DNA of 64,000 bases from NCBI RefSeq assembly GCF_006345805.1, contig NC_042997.1, forward strand, positions 195,300,001-195,364,000, written 5' to 3'. The translations under genes were made by a program, and so were the position numbers. The first letter of the stretch is position 1. Every line of letters begins with the position of its first letter. The notes under the pieces are model-generated. The model made no database searches and was not told the origin of the DNA. It was given only the letters and a program-made list of their open reading frames with translations. Shown one piece after another: positions 1 to 13,594 of the stretch. The stretch comes from Octopus sinensis. Taxonomy: Eukaryota.

Positions 1-753
1 CCTTAAATGATGATGATGATAGAGTATGGTTTGAGGGAGATTTAGCAGCAATATCTAGGAGGTGAAACTACTATGAAGAAGCTATCTCACTGGTTCACTA
101 GGGTATATGTGCCTGAAGAAAGGACATATCTTAGGCGAAAGTACATTGACTTTACAGTAAAAAAAAAAAAGAAAATTGGAGTCATATACTATGAAATTTA
201 CAGAATACATTAGGGAACATGGTGAATGCTCTCACTGATGGAAGGGGTCAGAACATTGGACTTAATAGGGTGAAAGAGAAATGGTGAACTGCATTATATT
301 TGTATATGGAACTAGTAGGTGATGGAGAAGTTGTTGACAAAAACGAGACTACCTATCTAAGCATCAGTTTAATGTCTACTTTTTCCATGCTTGCATGGAC
401 TGGAGGGATTTTATTGAGGCCGATTTTCTACAGCTGAATGCTCTTCTTGGCGACACCCTTACCTGTTTCCAAGCAAGGTAAATATTTCCCCATGGCCAGA
501 CATGTTTCTGCAGAGTACTGGAAGTGAATGACACTGCTGATATGACAGTGAACACAACACAACACACAATGAGTTTCTTTCAGTTTGTTTACCAAATCCA
601 TCCACAAGGCTTTGGTTGGCTCAGGGCCACAATAGAAGGCACTTTGCCCATGGTACCATACAACAGGGTTGAACCTGAAACCATGTGGTTGGGAAGCAAA
701 TTTCTTAACCATACAACAACCTTTCACATGATATTATATATATATATATATAA

Positions 754-820
754 AATCAAAATAAGCAACAAGGATATCCAGAGGTAATGCAGTACGATAT
801 CCTTGTTGCTTATTTTGATT
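754..820. repeat. Perfect 25-bp inverted repeat with 17-nt loop beside a (TA)n tract
   Basis: aatcaaaataagcaacaaggatatc (754-778) is the exact reverse complement of 796-820. Confidence 0.95.
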
Positions 821-1539
821 GCAATCACCCAATTTTGAATTATATGGATAATACCATACTAAATTCTGGTACCATATTCAACTGAATCTAAATTTTACCG
901 AACATATATATATATATATTTCACATGATACTTTGGCAAGTATATATGTGTGTGTGTGTATTATGTGAAAGGTTTGGTTGAATACTACATACCACAAATT
1001 TCACGGAAAAGAAGGTGCAAGAAAGTATTTTACGACTATTTGAATAACCAGGCTTGGTCAAATTGAATTTGATTCGTCACTACAGATTTAGTGAAATTCC
1101 GATCGTATAAAGCAATGAAGATCCATTATTGATGAAATCATACAAACTTCAGAAAATATTTGTATTATTTTGCCTCACAATACAGAAACACACACACGAA
1201 AATCGAAGCTTAAAACGAAAACAAAACAAAAAAAACCCCATGTACCATCATTTACACCGTTGGCATCTAATCAAAGTTTGTTTCAGGGTCTACGGCCATG
1301 CTAGGGCACCACTTTGAAGGGTTTAATTGAACAAATCGACCCAGTACTTTTTTTTTAAAAAGCCTCGAACTTATTGTATCGGTCTCCTTTGCTGAAGCTC
1401 TAGGTTACGGGAAATTAAAAACAAGTATCACATAGGTAGACAACCACCTAAAACACGGGGTTTTTTTCCAGTTTCTGTCTGGTAAATCCACTCACAAAGC
1501 TTTGGTCGGCCAGGGGCTATAATAGGCACTTGTCCAAGG

Positions 1540-1877
1540 TATTAGGTTAGAAACTATTTAATCTCTCTCTCATATATATATATATATAGTGCTTGGAGTG
1601 TTCAGTTCACTCTAATTAAACCGATTTTAATTTCAATCAAAATTCATGTTTGATACATTTTCTCTCTAGCTGTGGAGTGATAGAAAGCAATAAGAAGATT
1701 AATTAAGTTCGAGTACTTTGCTTATATTTCATATCAGAAAAATATTAAAATAAACAAACACACACACACACATCAGGAAAATATTAAAATAAACAAACAC
1801 ACACACACACATCAGGAAAATATTAAAATAAACAAACACACACATATGAGAGAGATTAAATATTTTCTAACCTAATA
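1540..1877. mobile_element. MITE-like element with ~34-bp TIRs and an internal 39-bp x3 tandem repeat
   Basis: tattaggttagaaactatttaatctctctc at 1540 matches the reverse complement of 1844-1877; ends read TA-TTAGGTT like mariner TIRs; atcaggaaaatattaaaataaacaaac(ac)n repeated at 1733-1843; it truncates a SINE at 1539. Confidence 0.65.
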
Positions 1878-3921
1878 TTTTATATTAAAGATCCGACTTT
1901 AGTCCTACTTCTAAAACGAACCATTTCTGTATCGGTTTATAACAAATTTATTTACAAAAACTTTTTTTTCGAAAACTGATTAATGAAGTTAATAACTAAG
2001 TTGATTTAATTAATATTGGAGCTTTTAACTATAAATCAAATCATCCGTCATGATTATGTATGTAGAAAGACAATTATGAAATAGATTGGATTAGTACAAA
2101 ATCTCACCATTCTGATCTGTTACTAACTGAATGGAAACTATTAAATATTGTAACAACATCAAAATATGGGGAAATCTATTTTGAAAAAAAAAATAATAAC
2201 CACACTTGTTCATAAACAATCTCACCAATTATTTGTTTATACATATTGTAAATCAGCATTTAAGTTAACCAAATTAATGTAATTCACACATTTTTTTTGT
2301 TATTTTAATTTTGTAATGTTATATATATTTTTTCTTTTCTTTCTTTTTGTTGAGAATACATTCTTCACTAAGGAATGACTATCGTTATTGACAAAGAAAA
2401 CACGAAATTCAACAAATGAAGGAATGAGAGAGAGAGAGAGATGTGCAATTATATATCTTTCTTCTTCTACTCAATAAAACGACTATCTCTGGCGATAGGC
2501 ACGAAAATGACCACCACCCAAAGCTACCCCAGTTTTCCTATTACAAAAGTATAATACTAATAATACTTGTAATACTACTATAGTATTGCTAAACAGCTCT
2601 GACACACAGTCACAACCCAGCCAACATTCAATAAACAGAGTAAATAAATATACATACACGTCTTGCTTGTTGTAGAAAGCACCATATTTGTTAGGAAGGG
2701 AAGGAGAGAGAGAGAGAAAGAGAGAGAGAAGGGAAAGAAAAATGGGTAAATATGGCCGAAGATAGTTGAAATCAGATGAAAAAAATGCCAATAATGTCCG
2801 TATATGTTATTTATTCAATGATAAAGAGTAAAAAAAAATACAAATCCAGTATGAATAAGTACCAGTAGGTCAGTCAAAAGTCAACCCACCCCCCAACTAG
2901 TACGATTTTTAGTCATGGCTATCGGAAGTAGCCATGATTGGTCCTAACAGACACACACACACACAACTAACTCGATATTAGCTTGAATGTCATTTCTTCG
3001 AAATTAAAACAACCATTCACCACCATGCTATAATAATAGTCAGTGTGGAAGCCTCTTCGTGGTGCTCGAGATTATTATATATATAATAATAATACATACA
3101 CACAGTAAAATCTTCTTCCTTATATCATACCCTGTTCATGGTTGCTGGAAACGCATTTGCTATATATCAAGAGTGGAGTGACCTGGTTAAAACGACAACT
3201 AGCCAGTCGTAGATAAACTATGTCTATCGCAATCTGGGTTTCAATTCCTAGTCGTAGCTATTTCATTTCACTTAATTTCAATAAAAACGGGGAAAGAGTG
3301 AACCCACACCGTGGTCGCTCGACCTGCTAGAAACAGCAGCCAATTCTCCCATAACTACTCTTTTCTTAAAAAAAGAATAAAATGGAGCATATCTGATATT
3401 GTAGTTCTATGTATTCAATGTAAAAAACAAAAAGCACCAAAAACAGATAGCCATGAATTGACCTAGGGTCAAATAATTATACCTTAAGATCGACCAATTT
3501 TCTTATTGAGTTGTAAAGGTATTTTAAACCCTTAACTTTTCTTCATTTATCAAAAACGTTTTGCTAACTAATTATTATTATTATGAAAGCTTGACCACTA
3601 CAGGATAGGAGCATTATTTAACCCTTAATTCAGCAGATCTAGAATGATTAAAAGCGTTCCAGCATTGACCATCCCATTCTCTCTCTTTTTTTTCCGTTTC
3701 TTACTGAATGAAACATTGCCTAGGACTACCTACCCTGCATACCTTCCTCCTCTTTTGATGATAGGGTAAGATCTGAGGAGACTTTGGGTACTATTTCCAG
3801 TAGATCGATTGACCACGTACAGGTTCCCTTCGAGGTATCGGATACGTCAGTAGTGCCAATACAAAAAACTGCCCTTCAAATGGGCATGAACGCCACAAAC
3901 TCCTTACCTTATCAAAAGAAC

Positions 3922-3957
<36 letters not shown>

Positions 3958-3993
3958 GTTCTTGTATATTAAGTAGTGGGTTATATATATATA

Positions 3994-4037
<44 letters not shown>

Positions 4038-4608
4038 GATCACTTGGTGGCAATTTGAAATATCGGAATGTTACCATAATGTTTAGGTGACACACGACTG
4101 AACTGCTGTTTTTCTAGGTCCAAATTGAGCCCTTTTACGATCGATTTAAGCGATAGAAGTCCTTTCTCCATGAATGAACGATAATATTTACAAAGGAAAA
4201 AAAATGCTTTTGATGATATTCCCTCTTTCCCATTTTCTCATTAACGTGAAAATTAGCAATGATTCACGTGTCTTCAGCTTCTAATGTACAAACTTAATGG
4301 TAATCAAGTGCAGTTTTAGTTCTTTTGTCAACATCCAACGTGTACCAATGCATCATATATATACATATATACACACAAAAGATTACATAATTTTATGAGG
4401 GCGAAGGGAAAAGAGGAAGAAATATTTTAAAGATAACAATGAGGATTTAATAAAGAAGCGAAACATGCACAAATATAGAATTATGTAGGTAACGGCTACC
4501 TGGTAACCAAAGGCTAAAAACAGATACAACAAAACCTCTTTAAAAAAACCCCATTCGAACTATAAATACATGTGTCTTTAACGCTGTGGTCATGCTGGGA
4601 CAATATAT

Positions 4609-4784
4609 ATATAAGAGGAAAATCACTATGTGGACACCCTTATGCTAGAAATAGATCCGCTATGGTCTTACAACTAAGAAATGTTCTCAAGAAAAAATTA
4701 GCAAAACAGAACATTTCTTAGTGAAGACCACAGCGGATCTATTTCTAGCATAAGGGTGTCCACATAGTGGTTTACCTCTAATAT
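4609..4784. repeat. Fold-back element, ~75-bp arms with ~20-nt loop
   Basis: cactatgtggacacccttatgctagaaatagatccgct is mirrored by agcggatctatttctagcataagggtgtccacatagtg. Confidence 0.9.
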
Positions 4785-5626
4785 GTGTATATTACAATTT
4801 TACTGAACCTTCAGTTTTTTTATATGCTAGACCACTGGTGTGAAATCGATGTTAATTAAATTAATATCTAATTTCTCACATTAATTTAAATATATATATA
4901 TATATATATATATAGTTACCAATCAACTGTTCTCAAAACAGTTAGCAACCCTGATTAAAGAATTTCAAGAAATTGAAAATTAATATTTTAGTTAATCATC
5001 GTTTGTAGACAATTGACCCCTACTAACATGCTTCGATACATGTGTGTGTGTGTATTTATAATTTGAGTCTAACATCTACCAAACCATGCATATTGCCGGA
5101 TGTTCTTTTTTGTGGAGGCTGATTTTCAACAGCCAGATGCCCAGGTGCCCTTCCTGTTGTCAACCCATACCACTCACACACACATAGTATAGACACCAAA
5201 CGACATCAACGTTTAATAGATCACTCAAGTGCAAGGTGCTTGCAAGGAAAACCCAGCCATTCTCCCTAAACATCAAGTGAAAAGATGAATTCCTAATGTC
5301 TCGAAATTATCTCCCTTTACTTTGAGAATCGCCAACAATTAACTGTTATTCTGTCTCCTACTTTTTCATGGGAGATTTTAATTATGAATGCTTGCATGTC
5401 AATTTATTAAGCATATTAAACCCAGAACTCACCCAAGTTCATACCTCTGGGGTTTCATGAGTTAATTGCCCGATGTCTCTCCTTCCCTCTTCGTTTAATT
5501 TAACATCGAGTTTAAACTGAACGATTGATAACTCAGTACCTTTTGTAGAGTACATATATATTTATTTATTATTTTTTAACAAGAATGTCGACAGTGACCT
5601 CGAAGTCTTGGCCTGCTTTAACTTAC

Positions 5627-5688
5627 ATCGGAGAGTTCGATAAAGGGATAAGCATGCCGAAATTTCGACGTCACTTGTCAACAGTATT
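5627..5688 (-). other. Candidate 62-nt exon (possibly 5' UTR) of a minus-strand transcript
   Basis: Minus strand reads ttttatattttttacactgacAG|aatactg...ccgat|GTAAGT; canonical signals only, no recognisable protein. Confidence 0.3.
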
Positions 5689-6326
5689 CTGTCAGTGTAA
5701 AAAATATAAAAGCAAATTTATTTATTACTGGTTGAAAACTTTCGCTAAGTCTTCTTGTAAAAAAAAACTCATGTTAACTGACCTAAACAGGCATGAAATA
5801 CAATCAGACAAGAAACATGTTTACAGTTATCTCCTTTACCTGTAAACACAGATTAGATCCCCACTCCTGTCAAACATGTAAATTAAACTTCGAGTGATTA
5901 ATCCTTAATTGCTTGAAATTATGTCTCCCTTCAACCGAAGAGAAATTTTTTATGAGATTTTTTCTTCTTTTTGTGTCTAACAGTATTTAGTACGAGTTCT
6001 CATTTGAGTTATTTACTCTTTGTATCTCAATGTATGGCATGAAAATAGAACACCACCAAAATAGTTGAATGTTTACCTAAATATGTCATAAGGTAATCTG
6101 CGTGTAGTACCTGAAATTAGTCTTTCTGCATTACATACAAACGATAAATATAAAATAAATATAATACAAATAAGAACCAATGTAGTTAGGGTGGCAGTTT
6201 TATGGTCTAAATGGTTATTCATTGCTGCACAGTAAATTAAACATACATGCATGTGATGTGAACTGTGCAATAATTTATATCCATAAAAATAACATTTGTC
6301 TCTTTTACCTCTCGTGTACGCCTATA

Positions 6327-6385
<59 letters not shown>

Positions 6386-6703
6386 CATATGAAACTACAG
6401 GTGTAGTTGAAAGCGTTAATATAAAGAAATAATATGTGATATGTAAATAAATATTTTTACAACCATCCAGCATTCTGAACACCATTTTTCTTTCATATAT
6501 ATATATATATATTTATACACACACACACGTGTGACTATGCGTAAAATGTAAGACAGACAAGTTGTAGTCAGGAAAATAAAAAAGTAGGATAACATTTTCA
6601 CGGTCCAAATCAGTTATGTTCATCATTCAGAAGATTTAAACACACATAGATTTACAGTGTGCAATTATCTGGCTTCATAAAAAACACAATTTATAATAAT
6701 ATG

Positions 6704-6741
<38 letters not shown>

Positions 6742-7040
6742 TGAAAATATGTGAGACCCAAATTTGAAAATATAAATAAAACACACGCTTTAAATCATAT
6801 TCGTCGGATTGTTCTGATTATATACAATACAATATACATACACTTACACGACTGTATCATATTCTAAATATATTATACAGGTAATCTTAACATAAATCGC
6901 AACAGAGATCAACAACACGAGATTGTTGATAAGACACACACATACATACATTAATATACATTTATAGTTTAAAGTTATTTACAATTGCTGACAATTCACA
7001 TATTTACGACCAAAATAAACTGTGTTATCAATATTTGTAG

Positions 7041-7157
7041 TACAGAAATAGAGATAGTTTTATATTAGTTTTCTTAGTATATATATATGCTTAAATATTA
7101 TGTATAATTAGGACCCTGGGAGTAAAATATACACCCTGTCTGTATGTATACATTTAT

Positions 7158-7212
<55 letters not shown>

Positions 7213-7597
7213 CAATTAGTGGAAGGTGTATTGAGGGATAAGATCGACAATGTAATTATAAATATTATATATAATTAGGACCCTGGAGTAGAATATACAC
7301 CCTGTCTGTATGTACACATGTATATATATATAAATATATATTTATAAACTCAATTAGTGTAAGGTGTATTGAGGGATAAAATCGACAATGTAATTATAAA
7401 TACAGAAATAGAGATAGTTTATTTGTTTTCTCAGCATATATGCATAAATATTATATGTAATTAGGACCCTGGAGTAGAATATACACCCTGTCTGTATGTA
7501 TACATGTATATGTATAGATATATATATATTTATAAACTCAATTAGTGGAACGTGTATTCATGAATAAGATCGACAATGTAATTATAAATACAGAAAT

Positions 7598-7640
<43 letters not shown>

Positions 7641-7695
7641 TATCATATATAATTAGGACCCTGGAATAGAATATACACCCTGTCTGTATGTACAC

Positions 7696-7744
<49 letters not shown>

Positions 7745-7980
7745 TTATAAACTCAATTAGTGTAAGGTGTATTGAGGAATAAGATCGACATTGTAATTAT
7801 AAATACAGAAATAGAGATAGTTTCCCAGTATATATACATAAATATTATATGTAATTAGGACCCTGGAGTAGAATATACACCCTGTCTGTATGTATGTATA
7901 CATGTATATGTATAGATATTTATAATCTCAATTTGTAGTAAGGTGTATTTGAGGAATAAGATCGACAATGTAATTATAAT
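7041..7980. repeat. ~5 copies of a ~140-210-bp unit with embedded variable (TA)n
   Basis: taattaggaccctggagtagaatatacaccctgtctgtatg and aactcaattagtg..gatcgacaatgtaattataa recur near 7105, 7273, 7458, 7650 and 7852. Confidence 0.95.
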
Positions 7981-8138
7981 AATAGGGAATAGAAGGGGGT
8001 GGTGGAAAAAAATAAGACATCTCGGTGAACTGGCCATTATAGTAAAAGAGGGGGGGAAGAGATGTGGACTGAAAACGGTGAAACGATTGACCAGAGAGAG
8101 AGGAGAGGAGAGGAAGAGATGAGGAGGACAAAACTCAC

Positions 8139-8330
8139 CGAAAAAGACACTCAAGCAGACGTTCTCCTCAACGGGCGGGAGAAAGGTTGAAGAGAGCGGA
8201 ATTTAAGATATATGTTTTAAAAAAAAAAAAAGCAATAAATTCCTGGATACCCTGTACGAAATCCAAAAGAAACCGGAGACTCTCTGTCTGCTTCAAATGC
8301 AGATTCCAATAGAAAATACCAAGATGGCGT
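8139..8330 (-). other. Candidate non-coding first/UTR exon of a minus-strand transcript
   Basis: Minus-strand donor ttcg|GTGAGT (actcac at 8133-8138); unique CpG-containing sequence; alternative acceptor tttcgtacAG at 8252-8253; YY1-like motif at 8320. Confidence 0.35.
8320..8329 (+). promoter_or_regulatory. YY1-like motif CAAGATGGCG
   Basis: Matches the YY1 consensus AAGATGGCG, which is often TSS-proximal; single motif only. Confidence 0.3.
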
Positions 8331-8438
8331 TGATAAAAACTCTTATTGTTGTTGTTAGGGCTGCTGCTGCTGCTGAGTTGTGCATTACCTCCTCCCCTTC
8401 CTTTCAACACTTCTACTCTTTCTCTTTCTCCTGTTCTT

Positions 8439-9606
8439 AAACACACGTCTTCTACTCGTTCTCTCTCCCCCTCGCTATTTCCACTCTTCCTTTCTAACTC
8501 TAACACACATCTTCTACTCGTTCTCCCTCCCCCTCACTATTTTCTCTCTTCCTTTCTAACTCCAAAACACGTCTTCTACTCGTTCTCCCTCCCCCTCGCT
8601 ATTTTCTCTCTTCCTTTCTAACTCCAAAACACGTCTTCTACTCGTTCTCCCTCCCCCTCGCTATTTCCACTCTTCCTTTCTAACTCCAAAACGTGTCTTC
8701 TACTCGTTCTCCCTCCCCCTCACTATTTCCACTCTTCCTTTCTAACTCCAAAACGCGTCTTCTACTCGTTCTCCCTCCCCCTCGCTATTTCCTCTCTTCC
8801 TTTCTAACTCCAAAACGCGTCTTCTACTCGTTCTCCCTCCCCCTCACTATTTCCTCTCTTCCTTTCTAACTCCAAAACACGTCTTCTACTCGTTCTCCCT
8901 CCCCCTCACTATTTCCACTCTTCCTTTCTAACTCTAAAACGCGTCTTCTACTCGTTCTCCCTCCCCCTCACTATTTTCTCTCTTCCTTTCTAACTCTAAC
9001 ACACGTCTTCTACTCGTTCTCCCTCCCCCTCGCTATTTCCACTCTTCCTTTCTAACTCCAAAACACGTCTTCTACTCGTTCTCCCTCCCCCTCGCTATTT
9101 CCTCCCTTCCTTTCTAACTGTAAAACACATCTTCTACTCGTTTTCCCTCCCCCTCGCTATTTCCACTCTTCCTTTCTAACTCCAAAACGTGTCTTCTACT
9201 CGTTCTCCCTCCCCCTCACTATTTCCACTCTTCCTTCTAACTCCAAAACGCGTCTTCTACTCGTTCTCCCTCCCCCTCGCTATTTCCTCTCTTCCTTTCT
9301 AACTCCAAAACGCGTCTTCTACTCGTTCTCCCTCCCCCTCACTATTTCCTCTCTTCCTTTCTAACTCCAAAACACGTCTTCTACTCGTTCTCTCTCCCCC
9401 TCACTATTTCCACTCTTCCTTTCTAACTCTAAAACGCGTCTTCTACTCGTTCTCCCTCCCCCTCACTATTTTCTCTCTTCCTTTCTAACTGTAAAACACA
9501 TCTTCTACTCGTTTTCCCTCCTCCTCACTATTTCCTCTCTTCCTTTCTAACTGTAAAACACGCCTTCTACTCGTTCTCCCTCCCCCTCACTATTTCCTCT
9601 CTAACT
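8439..9606. repeat. 62-bp minisatellite, ~19 copies, pyrimidine-rich on + strand
   Basis: Unit acacgtcttctactcgttctccctccccctcactatttccactcttcctttctaactccaaa; the 2-nt shift per 60-nt line gives a 62-bp period. Confidence 0.97.
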
Positions 9607-9839
9607 CTGCTCCTCCCGACGCCTATTCTCTCATCCTTTTCTTGTTTCTCTCTTCCCCCACCATCGCATCTTTTGTAAATCTTCCCCGCACACCCCGATT
9701 ATATTCTATCCTCTTCCCATCTCTCTCTCTTTCTCTCCCGTTAGCAAACACACACATTCACATACACATACGCGCACTCTCTTTTCCGCTGTTATTCCAA
9801 CTCTACCTACCTCCTTTTCATTTTTACTATCTTTAAACA

Positions 9840-9926
9840 CAAAAATCCTTCCTCTCTTCTATTGCATGTCTTTTCTTCAAGACAGTCGATCAGCAAAATT
9901 ATCTTCTTCCGCACGAAAAAGTAAGT
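9840..9926 (+). other. Candidate + strand exon end with GTAAGT donor at 9921-9926 (exon start not determined)
   Basis: gcacgaaaaa|gtaagt at the end of a unique block; splice signal only. Confidence 0.2.
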
Positions 9927-10374
9927 CACCCTCCCCCACTCCACCAAAATATAAACACACCAAATTGGGGTATAAAAAAAAATGAGGTCACTTCAATCTT
10001 GTAGTTCCGATAAGATTTATTATTACGGCTGCTTTAAAAAGGAAGACAACCAAATCTCCATAGGTCCCGCTATTTCTAATTATTATTGTTGTTATTATTA
10101 TTATTATATATAAGCTGGTAAAATCATTAGCGCGTCGAACAAAATGCTTAATAGCATTTCTTCCGGCTTTACGGTTCTGAGTTCAAATTCCGCTGAGGTC
10201 GACTTTGCCTTTCATTCTTTCAGGGTCGATAAATTAAGTACCAGTTACGCACTGGGGTCGATGTAATCGATTTGACCCTTCCCCTAAATTCCAGGCCTTG
10301 TACCTATAGCAGAAAGGATTGTTATTTTTTTTTATTATTTAGTCAAACCTAACACAGAGATATTACAATGTATG

Positions 10375-10377
<3 letters not shown>

Positions 10378-10414
<37 letters not shown>

Positions 10415-10469
10415 CACACACACATATATATATACATACACACACACATATATATATACATACACACAC

Positions 10470-10516
<47 letters not shown>

Positions 10517-10519
10517 CAT

Positions 10520-10550
<31 letters not shown>

Positions 10551-10638
10551 CATACACACCACACACACATATATATATATACATACACACACACACCACA
10601 CACATATATATATATATATACATACACACACACACACA

Positions 10639-10691
<53 letters not shown>

Positions 10692-10700
10692 CACACATAT
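10378..10700. repeat. Compound (TA)n/(CA)n microsatellite
   Basis: Alternating TA and CA tracts; source of the YI/HT/CV ORFs. Confidence 0.98.
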
Positions 10701-10848
10701 ATACATATTAAGGACTGAACACGAAAAGTGTTCAGTCCTTAATTTGTATGTAAAAATATTTTAATCTTCGGATTCTTTTTAATATGCTGGACCACTGGTT
10801 TTAATTGACTAATATCAATTTCTACCCTTAATTAATTTTATATATATA

Positions 10849-10883
<35 letters not shown>

Positions 10884-11329
10884 GATAGATAGGTATGTAT
10901 ATTTCCTCGAAAAGAGAGAGAGAAAAAGAAAAGATATTATGGCTCAATAAGTTTTCATTGTTAAGAAAGTTAAAAACAAAATATTGTGAATGGTTTTTCA
11001 ACCATTTTGGATATCTTGTGGAAATATCCGGAAGTGACAAGCATGTCGGAGTTGTGAGCAGTCTGGGTAAACAAGAGCCTTAGCACAGCAGAAATCAATT
11101 AGCAACGGTTAAACAAGTACATTTTCATATCTTCCTTCACTCCTTCTTCCATTTACAGCTAGCTATGCTGCTTGTTATTGTTTTTGTAAAAGGAGTTTTA
11201 ACTTTGAATACAAACCTTAAATCTGCAAAGGAGAGAGAGAGAGAGAAAAGAGGGTGGGGATTAAGGTAGCTAAATCGTCTTCAGTATATATATATATAGG
11301 TTTATATTAATGAGTAAGAGGAAGCCAGA

Positions 11330-11610
11330 GCAAGCACCCATGGTAATTTGTAAGACCGTCCTAGCCTGGCGTGATCGATGTAGTAGGTGTTTTAGTTTGG
11401 AAATTTTGTAGGTCAAGTCTGTTTGGTAAACGTGGTGGAGGTAAGGTATTCCGGTGGTACTGCTTAGGGGACGAATATTTAGGGGGAAATGTTTATTGCG
11501 GGGGTTGTGAGTGAGACGGCAAGGAATGATGATACGAAGATAGTTAGGAGTGGTTCAGGGTGGGAAGACTCACGCAGTTGTAAAAGGGAGCATACATTGT
11601 TTAGCCAACA
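11330..11610 (-). mobile_element. Decayed LINE 3' end (CR1/L2/Jockey-like RT C-terminus)
   Basis: Minus strand translates NTLPPPRLPNRLDLQNFQTK, resembling the WNSLP..VFP..YDLQ.FK terminal motif. Confidence 0.45.
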
Positions 11611-11965
11611 ACAACAAAAAGAAAGAAAGAAATACTGATTAAGCAGGCCTATAATCAAAGGCGTTCCCAACCGTGACTATCCCGTAATTTAACATTTGTG
11701 CCTAGAATCTTATTATACAATGGATATCTTTCGCTTTAGCCACATAAAATGGCGGTTTATCTTGACACCCTCGGTGATCTCTAACGACATGGAATAATAA
11801 TACACATATATACGCAAATACTACAGTGTATCGACCTTTAACATATTGATTTGAAATTTTGGCCCAAGGCCAGCAATTTTGGAGGAGGGAGAAGTCGATT
11901 ACATCTATCCCAGTGCTCAACTGGTACTTTCTTATTTTATCGATCCTGAAAGGATGAGTCAACCT

Positions 11966-12365
11966 GGATCTTTTCGGTTTGAACGGCAATTTTTTCTAGC
12001 GGTGTCATATGAAATTGTCACCCATAATTATGACCCTAGTATCGATCTATTGCATTTCAATCTGTTTTAGAGTTAGGGGTGGGGGGAAGGGTATCTTTTT
12101 TTTCTTCAGAAATGTAATAAACCCAATGTTTCTTAAACGAGAGACATATTCATACCGCACAGAATGTTTTCATCTCAATAGATGTCATTGATTGGTTGAA
12201 ATTGCAGAAAAAAAACAACAAATATCTTACAAACAATAGAATTTTCTCAATAAAGCCAAGAGAAAAAGATGTTTTATAAACACATTCTACCAGTATACGA
12301 AGTTTAAAAGTGTTTAGTTACGTGGAAATTATTTTAAAAAACTGCCATTCAAAGTGAGAAGATCC
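11966..12365 (+). mobile_element. ~400-bp MITE with GGATC...GATCC TIRs and 8-bp TSD (copy A), inserted in a SINE
   Basis: TIR ggatcttttcggtttgaacggca; flanks gtcaacct / ctcaacct (7 of 8 match); homologous to copies at 31371 and 40193. Confidence 0.85.
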
Positions 12366-13009
12366 CTCAACCTCAGTATGTAAAGATGGACGAAATGCTG
12401 CTAAGCATTTTGCCGTGTGTTCTAACGATTCTGTCACCTTGCTATCTTAATTTACCTTTAATATATTGATTTCAAATTTTGACACAAAGTCAGTGTGATT
12501 CCTGTGCACGACTAGTACTTATTTTATCGACCCTGGAAGGATGAAGAGCAAAGTTGGCCCCAACAGAATTTGAACTCAGAATGCAAAGACAGTAAACACT
12601 TTTCTACTGTGGTGACAGGTCTTCTTGATATAAATGTATGTGTGTGTGTATCTTTGAGTTTGTATCCCCTCCTACCACTTGACAACCAATGCTGGTTTGT
12701 TTACATACCCATAACTGAGCAGTTTGGAAAAAAGGGTCCACTAGCAAGCACAGCCACAGTCCAATGACTGAAACAAATAAAAAGCAAACAATAAATAAAG
12801 ATAACTTTACTTAAATCCTGGTCACGGCAGTCCACCATTACCTTTAGGGTGCAGGAGTGACTGTGTGGTAAGTAGCTTGCTTACCAACCACATGGTTCCG
12901 TGTTCAGTCCCACTGCGTGGCACCTCGAGCAAGTGTCTTCTACTATAGCCTTGAGCCAAGCAAATCCTTGTGAGTGGATTTGGTAGACGGAAACTGAAAA
13001 AAGCTCGTC

Positions 13010-13077
<68 letters not shown>

Positions 13078-13188
13078 TTAATAAGGGTGAGAGAATTAGA
13101 TACTAATTTAATAGCATATCTATTCAACACCAAGTGGCCCAGTGCCTCGAAATATATATATATATATAATATATATATATATACCACA

Positions 13189-13594
13189 GGCGCAGGAGTG
13201 GCTGTGTGGTAAGTAGCTTGCTTACCAACCACATGGTTCCAGGTTCAGTCCCACTGCGTGGCATCTTGGGCAAGTGTCTTCTGCTATAGCCCTGGGCCGA
13301 CCAATGCCTTGTGAGTGGATTTGGTAGACAGAAACTGAAAGAAGCCTGTCGTATATATGTATATATATATATATGTATGTGTGTGTATATGTTTGTGTGT
13401 CTGTGTTTGTCCCCCTAGCATTGCTTGACAACCAATGCTGGTGTGTTTACGTCCCCGTCACTTAGCGGTTCGGCAAAAGAGACCGATAGAATAAGTACTC
13501 GGCTTACAAAGAATAAGTCCTGGGGTCGATTTGCTTGACTAAAGGCGGTGTTCCAGCATGGCCGCAGTCAAATGACTGAAACAAGTAAAGAGTA
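13189..13594 (+). mobile_element. tRNA-derived CORE-type SINE (octopus OR-like), full length; representative of ~20 copies or fragments
   Basis: Head ggagtggctgtgtggtaagtag..ggttcagtccc, ccttgggcaagtg core, internal (TA)(TG) tract, tail gactgaaacaagtaaa(ag); others at 12849, 16868, 23300, 24200, 45370, 53380, 54050. Confidence 0.9.

Noticed and set aside
1120-1160. ttgatgaa...gaaaat as a decayed hammerhead
   Set aside because: Core mismatch and no stem II pairing.
8439-9606. 62-bp array as CRISPR or a coding repeat
   Set aside because: No spacers, and the unit length is not a multiple of 3.
10335-10764. YI/CV/HT ORFs (also 44072-44499 and 54829-55512)
   Set aside because: Translations of di- and tetranucleotide microsatellites.
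11410-11450. SSLFGKR neuropeptide-like microexon on + strand
   Set aside because: The opposite strand better matches a LINE C-terminal motif; no signal peptide or repeated peptides.
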